Position numbers and translations under genes: made by a program | Shown here: piece by piece, positions 47,295-56,102 of the stretch | How positions within the stretch are numbered: the stretch's first letter is position 1 | Layout: the number at the start of each line of letters is the position of its first letter | DNA from: an uncultured Opitutales bacterium | GTDB lineage: Bacteria; Verrucomicrobiota; Verrucomicrobiia; Opitutales; Intestinicryptomonadaceae | Length of the DNA: 64,000 nucleotides | Direction of reading: 5' to 3' | Assembly (NCBI GenBank): GCA_900548185.1 | Contig: URJJ01000004.1 | Location: 2,130 to 66,129, forward strand | Notes under the pieces: generated by a model | The model's database searches: none | The model's input: only the letters and a program-made list of their open reading frames with translations | Told to the model about the DNA's origin: nothing

Positions 47295-48197
47295 ATGAAG
47301 ACCCTTTTCATCGACCTGGGCTCCAATTCCATAAAGTCGCTTCTCGCGGATTTTGAATCCGGCCGCCTGCGCCCGCTTGCGGACTCCACTCTGCCCAACC
47401 GCATTTCTTCCGGCGGGGCGCTCGCCGCAGACGCCGCCGAAACAATCGTCCGCTCCGTCTCGGAGCTTATGGAGCGCGCCCGCGCGGAGGCCGGGAGCTT
47501 CGACACCGTCTGCTTCGGAACCTCAGCCCTCCGCGACTCCCCGAACGCCCCCGAGGTGCTCGCCCGCGCGGAGGCCATGGGCGTGAAAATCCGCGTCCTG
47601 AGCGGCGCCGAGGAGGCGGAGCTTTCCTTTGCGGGGGCTGCGGGTGACCCGTCCCTGGGCCTCGGCCCCGGCGAGAGCGTCGTTTACGGCGACATAGGCG
47701 GCGGGAGCATGGAGTTCGTGTGCCGCCAGGGGGCTGAAATCTTTTCCATGAAAAGCCTTCCGCTCGGGGCCGTTCGCCTCGCCAAAATGTTTTCCTCCGG
47801 CGGGGTGTGGGATGCGCCTGCCCTGCGTGCGCATTGCAGGGGCCTTCTCGCAGAAGTCCCGGTTCCGGAGGGCCCGTTTAAGATGGCGGTTTCCGGCGGG
47901 GCCGTCACGGCTGCAAGGCACATTCTTGGGGGAGGGGTCATGGCGGAATCCCCGGACGTGGGCGCCGGCGGCCTGGAGTTTGCGCTGGAGGTTTCGCTGG
48001 GGCTTTCCCCCGAGGGGCTTTCTGAAAAATACGGGATTCCGGAGAACCGGGCCGACATACTGCCCGCCGCGTTCGCGTGCCTTTTGGAGGTCCTTGCGCG
48101 CTTCGGCAGGCCGTCTTTCAGGCATTCCCAGCGCTCGCTCAGGTACGGCGCGGCGGAAATGTATTTTAAAAACATGCTCTCCCTTGAAAAAATCTGA
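47295..48197 (+). CDS. ppx: Ppx/GppA-family phosphatase (exopolyphosphatase / guanosine pentaphosphate phosphohydrolase)
   Basis: N-terminal ASKHA motifs (LFIDLGSNSIK, DIGGGS). Confidence 0.8.
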   Translation: MKTLFIDLGSNSIKSLLADFESGRLRPLADSTLPNRISSGGALAADAAETIVRSVSELMERARAEAGSFDTVCFGTSALRDSPNAPEVLARAEAMGVKIRVLSGAEEAELSFAGAAGDPSLGLGPGESVVYGDIGGGSMEFVCRQGAEIFSMKSLPLGAVRLAKMFSSGGVWDAPALRAHCRGLLAEVPVPEGPFKMAVSGGAVTAARHILGGGVMAESPDVGAGGLEFALEVSLGLSPEGLSEKYGIPENRADILPAAFACLLEVLARFGRPSFRHSQRSLRYGAAEMYFKNMLSLEKI

Positions 48198-48322
48198 ATT
48201 TTTTTGGCCCCGCGCGTGTCATATACGCATTGGATTGCGGGCGTATGCCAAAGGCTCCGCGCCTCAGGGAGGGCGCCAATAATTGGTTGCAATCTCGCGA
48301 TGCAGGCCATATTACTTCGGTT

Positions 48323-49444
48323 ATGAATAAAATAAAGCTCGTTATGGCGTTTTTTGCCGCGTTTGCGGCCGCGCTCGCGCTTTCCGGGGCGGAGCCGCCG
48401 AAGGTCGCGCTCGTCGTGAAAAACGCGAAGGGTTCAATGGCGGCTCCGATGATGCCCGCTTTCGGGGAGTCCGTAGCCGCGGGCCTCAATGCGCGCGGAT
48501 ATTCCGTCATAATGAAGGACGCGCTCACGGAATCCCTGTCGTCGTACGAGTCCGGCGCCGCCGGCCCGCAGGCGGGAAAGCCGGGCGAGGGGGCCTCGTT
48601 GGGGGACATCAAGCGCGCGGCCTCGGCAGTTTCTGTCGCGAAGATGGTTGGGGCCGACTGGCTTCTCGTAGTTTCTGTGAACTCTCTGGACCGCTCGACC
48701 CGCGAGTTTTCCGATTTCGGCACGAAGACGCTCATTGCAAAAACCTCCCTCGGGGTTTCCTACAGCCTGTATTCCGCCTCCTCCGCCTCCGGGGTTGACG
48801 GTGGCAGCGTTTCGGTGTCGTCTTCCACGCGCCAGTCTCCGAATCTCAAGGTGTCTGACGCCGACACTGTAAGCGAGCTTTTTTCAGACGCCGCCTCCCG
48901 GGTGGCTTCGCAGGTTTTCCTGCCAGAAAAGATGCGCGAGCCCGCCGCTTTGGAAAGCGTAGAGGTCGAGTTTGTATGCTCTGTCGAGGGGATGTTCGTG
49001 CCCGAGATAAAAAGGGATGCCGATGGGGCGTACACGGTGGGCTCCTCCACATTCCCCGTCGCCGCTTCCGGCGTGCTTGTCGAAATAGACGGAGTGGCCG
49101 CCGGGTCTGCGGGCTCCAAGCTCTCGGTCGCGCGGGGGCTGCACCAGGCGAGGCTTTCCGGGGCCGGGCTTGAGCCGGTTTCGATGGTGGTAAACGCCGG
49201 CCCGAAAGGCGGGGTGTTCGGCGTTTCGATGCGCATGACGGAGTCCGCCCGCGAGAGGTGGCTGAAGGACGCCGCCTTCTTCCAGTCGCTCAAGGCCGGG
49301 GCGGTTCTCACCGACGCCCAGGCCAAGGTGCTCGAGGGGCTCTCGGAAGCCTACGGCAGCTCCGGCTACCGCGTGGACTACCGCACGGACACGTCGGAGC
49401 CTCTCAACGTGACAAACCAGAGCCTTTTCGGCTTCCCTCGCTGA
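48323..49444 (+). CDS. Secreted CsgG/HfaB-like family protein (paralog 1)
   Basis: Signal peptide. A CsgG-like N-terminal pattern (KVALVVKNAKG...GYSVIMKDAL...GADWLLVVSVNSL) is present. The C-terminal half is not recognisable. Confidence 0.45.
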   Translation: MNKIKLVMAFFAAFAAALALSGAEPPKVALVVKNAKGSMAAPMMPAFGESVAAGLNARGYSVIMKDALTESLSSYESGAAGPQAGKPGEGASLGDIKRAASAVSVAKMVGADWLLVVSVNSLDRSTREFSDFGTKTLIAKTSLGVSYSLYSASSASGVDGGSVSVSSSTRQSPNLKVSDADTVSELFSDAASRVASQVFLPEKMREPAALESVEVEFVCSVEGMFVPEIKRDADGAYTVGSSTFPVAASGVLVEIDGVAAGSAGSKLSVARGLHQARLSGAGLEPVSMVVNAGPKGGVFGVSMRMTESARERWLKDAAFFQSLKAGAVLTDAQAKVLEGLSEAYGSSGYRVDYRTDTSEPLNVTNQSLFGFPR

Positions 49445-49473
49445 GGGCGAACTTTTAAAGAAAGGACAGCTTT

Positions 49474-50424
49474 ATGAAAACCTCATTTTTCAGGGCCGCA
49501 GCCGCGTTTTCGCTCCTGGCGCTATCCGCGCCTTTTGCGTGCGCCGCCTCCGAATCCTCTGGCAGGGCGACTGTCGCCATATACGACACGGCGGCGACAC
49601 CGGCGCTTTTGAAGGCGGCCACAGCCGCCGGAACGTCCGAAACCCTCGCCCGCATAATCGAGTCAATGGACGCCAATTTCGCCTCCGCTTTCAACGACAC
49701 CGGGCGCTTCTCGGTGCTTGCCCGCTCCGACTGGAAGGCCGTCCTCCGCGAGCAGGATTTCGGCGCCTCCGGAAATGTCGGCTCCGGAGCCGCGAAAATA
49801 GGGGCGGCCCTCGGTGCAAAATACGTGCTTGAAACCACCGTGGACGACTTCCAGGACTATGTGGAAAAGGCCGACTTCAAGCTCGTCGGAAAATCTGCGG
49901 AAAAGCGCATACTGCGCCTTGGTTGCATCGCAAAGCTCTACGACGCATCGACCGGCGCCATGGAAAACGCAGTGAACGTGACCCTCGACGAAGCCGACAT
50001 TTCCGAAATCCTCAGCTATTCCGAGCGCAGCGGAAGCCCCTCCGAGGCCCTTCCCGCGCGCCTCGCCCGCGCCATAGCTTCTGGCGTGGCCCGGAAAATG
50101 GCAGAGGACGCCTTCCCCGCGCGCGTGCTTTCAGTGCGCATGAACCAGGTGTCGATAAACCGGGGCGAGGCTTCGGGCATAAGGGTGGGGGAAGTTTACG
50201 ACGTCTATGCCATAGGCGACGTGCTGAAGGATCCGGATACCGGCGAAATCCTCGGCCGGGACGAGTTCCTGATAGGGCAGGTGCAGGTCGCCTCCGTAAT
50301 GCCAAAGTTCTCTAAGGCCTTCATCGTCCGCGACGCGGGCATCGAGGTGGGGGCGGTAGTGCGCAGGCAGGCTCCCGCCCGCAATGCCGGGGAAGATTCT
50401 GCGCTTCCGGCGAATTCTGATTAG
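49474..50424 (+). CDS. CsgG/HfaB-family lipoprotein (paralog 2)
   Basis: Signal/lipobox. CsgG core pattern VAIYDTAAT...GRFSVLARSDWKAVLREQDF...GAKYVLETTVDDF. Confidence 0.55.
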   Translation: MKTSFFRAAAAFSLLALSAPFACAASESSGRATVAIYDTAATPALLKAATAAGTSETLARIIESMDANFASAFNDTGRFSVLARSDWKAVLREQDFGASGNVGSGAAKIGAALGAKYVLETTVDDFQDYVEKADFKLVGKSAEKRILRLGCIAKLYDASTGAMENAVNVTLDEADISEILSYSERSGSPSEALPARLARAIASGVARKMAEDAFPARVLSVRMNQVSINRGEASGIRVGEVYDVYAIGDVLKDPDTGEILGRDEFLIGQVQVASVMPKFSKAFIVRDAGIEVGAVVRRQAPARNAGEDSALPANSD

Positions 50425-50440
50425 GCGGATGCTCCCATTC

Positions 50441-51919
50441 ATGGCAAAGACGCTCCCGGGCGCCGCGCTTTCGGCTGCGGCGTGCGCCCTGCTTTGCTCG
50501 TGCGCCACGCACGAGACAGAGAGCAGGAAAATGAGGGAGTCCTTCTACGCCGGAAACTATGCGGCAGCCGCGTCCGAGGCGTCGTCTATAGCCTCCTCCA
50601 AGTCGGGGTCGGGCGACGAGCTCGTGTGGCGTCTCGAATCCGGCGCGGCCTCTAGGTGGGCCGGGGACGCCGAGGGGAGCGCCCGGGAGTTTTCGAGGGC
50701 CTTCAGCCTCGTTGAGGGCTTCGACGCCTCCCCGGAAGTCAGCATATCCGACGAGGCCGGGGCGCTCATGACAAACCAGAGCTACCTCCCGTACAGGGCC
50801 TACTCCTACGACCGCATAATGATGGGGTGCTACCAGGCCCTGAACTGCATGTCCATGGGGGACATGGAGGGGGCTTCGGTCGCGCTTAAGCGGGTGGAAA
50901 ATTTCCAGGCCGACGCGGAGCGCAGGAACGCCGACAGGATTGAAAAGTCCCTCAAAAACGCATCGTCTTATTCCGGCAGGACGGTGGAGGGCGCCGACGG
51001 GAATGAGGCCTCCCTGTACGACGCCTCGCGCGCCTACGGGGACGTGTCTTTCGCATCATCGCTCAGGTCCGTTTACGGGGCGGGGGCGGCGGACGTTCCG
51101 AAGTCCCGCAGCCAGCTTGCCGAGTCGCTCAGGGGTATATACGTAAACCCCTTCGCCTACTGGCTTGACGGGCTCTTTTACATGGCGAACGCCTCGGACC
51201 TCTCTGAGGCTTCGCGGGCGGCCGACGACTTCAGGCTGGCGCTTGAAATGCAGCCTTCAAACCCTTACCTTGCCGAGGATCTCCGGGCCGCCGAAAACTT
51301 CGCCTCGACGGGCCGCATGGCCCCCGTCACCTACGTCATTTTTGAGACTGGATGCGCCCCCATACGCAGCCAGACGCGCATAGACATCCCCATGTTCGCA
51401 GCCACAAAGGACGTGCCTTACGTCGGCGTCAGCTTTCCGGTGCTCGCATACTCGCAGGCTTACGAGCCGCGCCTCAGCGTCCTTTCGTCGGGCGTGTTTT
51501 ACGTCCCCCAGCCGCTCGCCGACATGGACGCGATAATAACGCGGGAATTCAACTCCGACCTGCCCGTCGTTGTGGCAAAGACCCTCCTCTCGGCGGGGAC
51601 GAAGGCCGCGATTCAGTTCGGCATCCAGGAGGCGGCGAGGCAGGCCGACAATTCCGCCCTTCTGATTGCCGCGATGATTTCAGGCTCCGTATACCAGGCC
51701 GCGATGAACGACGCCGACCTGCGCACGTGGACGACCCTCCCCAAGGCGGTCTCCTACTCGCGCTTTCCGACTCCGGCCAACCGGAAGATACTTGTGGACT
51801 CCAATATCGAGGTCGAGCTTGACGACGCCCTCATAAACGTCGTCTGCGTGCGCCGGACTTTCCCCGGAACCCCGCTTTCGGTGCTGAAGTTTTCAATGAG
51901 AAAGGAAGAAAAAAAATGA
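50441..51919 (+). CDS. Large envelope lipoprotein of unknown function (492 aa)
   Basis: Lipobox LLCSCA. No recognisable catalytic motifs. Lies between the CsgG-like and YcfL/LpoB-like genes. Confidence 0.5.
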   Translation: MAKTLPGAALSAAACALLCSCATHETESRKMRESFYAGNYAAAASEASSIASSKSGSGDELVWRLESGAASRWAGDAEGSAREFSRAFSLVEGFDASPEVSISDEAGALMTNQSYLPYRAYSYDRIMMGCYQALNCMSMGDMEGASVALKRVENFQADAERRNADRIEKSLKNASSYSGRTVEGADGNEASLYDASRAYGDVSFASSLRSVYGAGAADVPKSRSQLAESLRGIYVNPFAYWLDGLFYMANASDLSEASRAADDFRLALEMQPSNPYLAEDLRAAENFASTGRMAPVTYVIFETGCAPIRSQTRIDIPMFAATKDVPYVGVSFPVLAYSQAYEPRLSVLSSGVFYVPQPLADMDAIITREFNSDLPVVVAKTLLSAGTKAAIQFGIQEAARQADNSALLIAAMISGSVYQAAMNDADLRTWTTLPKAVSYSRFPTPANRKILVDSNIEVELDDALINVVCVRRTFPGTPLSVLKFSMRKEEKK

Positions 51920-52329
51920 AAAGAGCGATTCTTTGCGCGGTGTGCGCGGCGGCCCTTGCCGGCTGCTCCACGGTGAATATGTCGGAACCGGCAAATCCCG
52001 AGGGCGTGAAAAAGATGGTTTCGGACAGGCGCGTGATAACGGACGGCGGCCTCGACGAAATTGTCTATATTGCCGGCATAAACGAGGCGCGCGCGCCCTC
52101 CGGCAACATCCGCATCCAGGCCGAGCTCGTAAACCGGACGACCGCTTACAGGCAGTTCAACTACCGCTTTGAGTGGCTCGACGAAAACGGCATGATGATT
52201 TCCTCCCCCGCGCCGGTGTGGGTTTCCTCTTTCATAGAGGGCGGGGAAAGCAAGTTCATCGCGGCGACCGCGCCGAGCGCGCGCGCGAAAGACTTCCGCC
52301 TGAAGCTCCTCGGCGACGTGCGCGACTGA
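51916..52329 (+). CDS. YcfL-like (DUF1425) small lipoprotein
   Basis: Lipobox LAGCS. About 135 aa. Beta-rich sequence similar to the E. coli YcfL family that neighbours lpoB. Confidence 0.6.
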   Translation: MKRAILCAVCAAALAGCSTVNMSEPANPEGVKKMVSDRRVITDGGLDEIVYIAGINEARAPSGNIRIQAELVNRTTAYRQFNYRFEWLDENGMMISSPAPVWVSSFIEGGESKFIAATAPSARAKDFRLKLLGDVRD

Positions 52330-52365
52330 CGCCTTGCGCCCTAAACAACGTAAACGGTTTTTTAT

Positions 52366-52929
52366 ATGAAAATACAACGCTATATCCCAATGGCCCTCTG
52401 CGCCGCGCTGCTTGCCGGATGCGAAACGGGCAACGCAAAATACACCGAATCGGGCGGCCCCCGCTCGCTCATTTCGACCGACAAGATAAACATCGCCGAC
52501 TGGAACAAGGCGGCCGACGCCCTCGTCGATTCGCTCATCTCTTCCGGGGCCTTTGAAAATTTCAAGTCAAAGCCGGTGATTATACAGGTCAGCCGCATTG
52601 TAAACCGCACCTCACAGAGGGTTGACACCGACCTTCTTACAAAGCGCATAACAATAGCCCTCAATAACTCCAAGCTTGCCATCGCAAAGACGGACGACCC
52701 CCTCTCAAAGGAGCTTGCCGAGTACCAGAATTTCGCGGGCGGCAAGGGCGGTGTGCCCGCAGCTTCGGCGGCGCTTTCGGGCAAGATAATTGAGGACCGC
52801 GAAAAGGTCGGGGGCAAGACTGAGGTCACCTACGTATTCCAGCTTTCCCTGAACGCGGGCGGCCTCGCCATATGGGAGGACCAGCGCCAGATTACAAAGC
52901 AGTCCGAAAAGACGTTTCTGGGGCTTTAG
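52366..52929 (+). CDS. lpoB: LpoB-like (COG3417) outer-membrane lipoprotein, putative penicillin-binding protein activator
   Basis: Lipobox LAGCE. Pattern WNKAADALVDSL...VNRTSQRVD...GKTEVTYVFQLSLNAGG...IWEDQRQI aligns with the E. coli LpoB core. Confidence 0.65.
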   Translation: MKIQRYIPMALCAALLAGCETGNAKYTESGGPRSLISTDKINIADWNKAADALVDSLISSGAFENFKSKPVIIQVSRIVNRTSQRVDTDLLTKRITIALNNSKLAIAKTDDPLSKELAEYQNFAGGKGGVPAASAALSGKIIEDREKVGGKTEVTYVFQLSLNAGGLAIWEDQRQITKQSEKTFLGL

Positions 52930-52964
52930 GCTCTCCTTGGCTTTCGTCCCCGGGGAAATCCCGC

Positions 52965-52996
52965 AGGCGCGCGCTTCAATGCGCGCGTTTTTTTTG
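52965..52996 (+). terminator. Intrinsic terminator after lpoB-like gene
   Basis: ggcgcgcgc-ttcaat-gcgcgcg followed by TTTTTTTT. Confidence 0.7.
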
Positions 52997-53405
52997 CGCC
53001 GCTTGGGGATGGCAGGTTCGTCCGGCGCTGCGGGGGGGAAGGATGAATCTCTCAGGCAAAAAGGCGCTCCGCATTCCCTGCGCCTGCCCGCATTTCGCCC
53101 CGTTTGTAAAACGGACGCATTAGCCGCTTTCTTTATAGCCGCCTGCCCCGTGCCGGGCCTGTCGGATGCGCAAGGGGGCGCCGCAGCCTTTTTTAAACTT
53201 AAAAACGTTTGATTTTTTGCCTCAAGCGGCGCATAATATTTTTCGATGAAAGAAAGTGGGGCGCAGGCCGTTTTGCGGGCGGGTTCCGGATTTCTTTGTC
53301 CCGCCCTGTGCCTGCATTCCCGCTTGCGCCCCTTCCGCTCCGGTTTCCCGGCGCCACGGGGGCGCGCCCGGTCTCAACACCAAACTCCAAAGAAGGGCAA
53401 ATGTC

Positions 53406-54827
53406 ATGAAATATCTAAAAAGGGCGGCCGCAGTTGCATGCGGGGCGGCTTTGTGCGTCCAGGCCACAGCCGAACAGCAGGAATTTTTCATAGAGAACAT
53501 CTATGACGAAACGGGCGAAATGCCGAGGATGCGGGCGGGCGAATATTACGACTGCCTGGAATGCGGGGCGGAAAACATTTCCGGAATGACTTTTGAGCAG
53601 TGGTTTCAGGGGCCCCACGCAACTGCGAACTGGTTCGGCGCAAGGTCTTATTTGGAGGATAACGGCATCGTCCCCGTATTCACCTACCTTGGCAACTTTG
53701 CGGCAAACCCTTCCGGAGGCGCCGCCCGGGGGGCCACTGTGACGAGCTCCGTACAGTTCGGCGCGGGTTTCGACCTGTACAAGATGACAAAGATTGAGGC
53801 CCTGAAAAACTGGTCTCTTGTGAACACCTGGGTTTGGCGCTTCGGCACTTCGCTCACGCAAAAGTATGTGGATAACGCCTTCAGCGTCCAGCAGAATTTC
53901 GGGAGCCAGACTCTCAACATGCAGTCGCTCTTCCTGTCATATTCGACCCCGCTCGGCGAGGACGGCGGGTCGTTTATGATGAAGTTCGGGCGGATGGCCG
54001 CCGGGGACAATTTCATGACGAAGCCGATTTACTGGCTCTACATGTCAAACGCCATGGACGGCAACCCTATCGGGGTTTTCAAACAGACCAAATTTTCCGC
54101 CTATCCCGGGAGCACTTGGGGCGCCATGTTTGAAGTTTCAGCACCGCAGGGCTACTATTTCAAGGCGGGCGTCTACCAGATAAACTCCGACCAACAGGAC
54201 TCGCGGCACGGCCTTGATTTTTCTATGAAAAACGCGCTCGGAGTGAACGTGAACGCCGAGGCCGGATGGAACATAAACCACGATACGAGCGGGCGCTCTC
54301 CCGGCAACATATCCGTCGGCATTGTCGCAGACTGGTACCGCGCCCCGCACCTCGACGACCCCTCGAAATACTCCCACTTCAACCAGACCCTCTACGCCCA
54401 GGCCGACTACATGGTGCTCAATCTCGGCTTTCCCGACCGCAGCCGCCCGTCCGTCATAAGGCGTTCAAACTCGAGCGAATCCTACCGCGACCTGCGCGGA
54501 ATTGTGCTCTGGGGCGTCGTGCAGTACGATCCTTCCGAGAACCTCGCCGAAATGCCGCTTTTCTTAAACGGCGGCGCGCTCTTCAATGCGCCGTTTCCGT
54601 CCCGCCCCGACGATGTTCTGTGCTTCGGCGTGGCGTACGGGAAATATTCCGGAAGCCTCGCCCAGCCGAGGAAAAATTCATATGAACTCGTCTTTGAGCT
54701 GAACTACAAGGTGCAGGTGAACCGATTTTTCTTCGCCCAGCCTGACATCCAGTATGTCGTAAACACCAAGGGCGGGGAGCATCCCGACGCGCTGGTTCTC
54801 GGCATGCAGTTTGGCATGGGCTTTTGA
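53406..54827 (+). CDS. OprB-family carbohydrate-selective porin
   Basis: Signal peptide. The typical OprB C-terminus (QPDIQYVVNTKGGEHPDALVLGMQFGMGF) ends in a terminal Phe. Confidence 0.8.
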   Translation: MKYLKRAAAVACGAALCVQATAEQQEFFIENIYDETGEMPRMRAGEYYDCLECGAENISGMTFEQWFQGPHATANWFGARSYLEDNGIVPVFTYLGNFAANPSGGAARGATVTSSVQFGAGFDLYKMTKIEALKNWSLVNTWVWRFGTSLTQKYVDNAFSVQQNFGSQTLNMQSLFLSYSTPLGEDGGSFMMKFGRMAAGDNFMTKPIYWLYMSNAMDGNPIGVFKQTKFSAYPGSTWGAMFEVSAPQGYYFKAGVYQINSDQQDSRHGLDFSMKNALGVNVNAEAGWNINHDTSGRSPGNISVGIVADWYRAPHLDDPSKYSHFNQTLYAQADYMVLNLGFPDRSRPSVIRRSNSSESYRDLRGIVLWGVVQYDPSENLAEMPLFLNGGALFNAPFPSRPDDVLCFGVAYGKYSGSLAQPRKNSYELVFELNYKVQVNRFFFAQPDIQYVVNTKGGEHPDALVLGMQFGMGF

Positions 54828-55651
54828 GGCGTTTGGCGGCGGATGCTCCGCTTTGAATGCGGGCGTCCGCGCTTGAGAAACGCGCCTCCGGAAAGCCTCG
54901 GAATGCGAGGTTTCGCATTGGGGAGCGGCTCTTCCTGTTGCGTTTTGTGCGCGCGTTTTTTATTTGCGAAACGCTCTCATGGGTTGGATGGATGCCTTGC
55001 AGCCCTGCCATTGCGTATTTACCGATTCCCCCCATCATTTTTTATGGAGAGGGCAACCTATGCCGGTTTCTGAATTTCCAATATTGCAAAGCGGCTTTAA
55101 TGCCGCATGCAGTGCGCCCTACGCGCTCTCGGGGCTTGCCTGCCCAGGATTGGCTGCCGGATTCGCGCTTACGCAGGCGGGGCCCTTTTGCCGGGCTGCC
55201 CCTTCTGCAATTTAGGTTTGAGAGCCCCGAAATTCCATAGCGCGAAACGTTTGTTTAAGGGGCGGCGCATGTTTCATGGATTTTTGCGGTATGCGCATCG
55301 GAATTTTAAAAGGGCTGCTTTTCCCCGTACACACATTCCGGCGCATCCTCTCCAAAATGGCCGTTTTTTCATTTGCGCCGGGGGCAGTCAATGCATCCGC
55401 ATTTTCACGATTTCGCGGCGTCCGCAGGATTTTTGGAAGGGGGGGAGTTGCGCCCGCGCGTTTTGCAGTATCGGGGCGGAAGCCGCGCCCATACGGGCGT
55501 GTGGTTTTGCACGCATCGGGCGGTTTTTGAATGATGGTGGGCGGAAGTTGGAGAAAGCGGCTTTTTGCGCCGCAGCAAAAAGGCGCGGGATATTTTTATG
55601 AAAATGGCTTGAATGCGGCGGGACTATGGTTTTACTTGTTTTTAATGAGAT

Positions 55652-55840
55652 TTGCAGATGAAAACTGTAAAAATAACCATATTACTTAATGCTGAAGCGC
55701 TGGGCGTTTTTAAAAGGCTTGCGGCCAAGGCGGGCATGCCGACTGAGGAATTCGTTTCCTGCATGTTGGCCTTGCATTTTGAAATATGCGCGGCCCTGTG
55801 GCGAATGGAAAAGTCCGGCTTTAAGCTTTCGAGGAATTGA
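55652..55840 (+). CDS. Small ribbon-helix-helix (CopG/antitoxin-like) protein, 62 aa
   Basis: MKTVKITILLNAEALGVFKRLAAKAGMPTEEFVSCMLALHF fits the RHH beta-strand plus two-helix pattern. It lies in an AT-rich patch of a 1.3 kb intergenic region. No partner toxin ORF is present. Confidence 0.35.
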   Translation: MQMKTVKITILLNAEALGVFKRLAAKAGMPTEEFVSCMLALHFEICAALWRMEKSGFKLSRN

Positions 55841-56102
55841 GGCGCTCTTTGCGCGGGGTAGACATGCGGGATGTTCCTCCGCGCGTGCGGCAAAATCGGG
55901 GCCCCGCGCGGCGGGAGGCGGCGGTTTTTCTGATTTTCATGCGCCCTTTTGCGGCGCTTCCGCCGAATCCGTGCGCGTGCGGGTATAAGGGCGGGCATCC
56001 GGCCGCATGCTGCGGCAATCCCTGCGGGGCTGGAGTCTCGGCGCCGCATGCGTCTCCGGAGGCGGTTTTTTACGGAGGCCGCCTCCGGGCTTGCTGGAGC
56101 GC

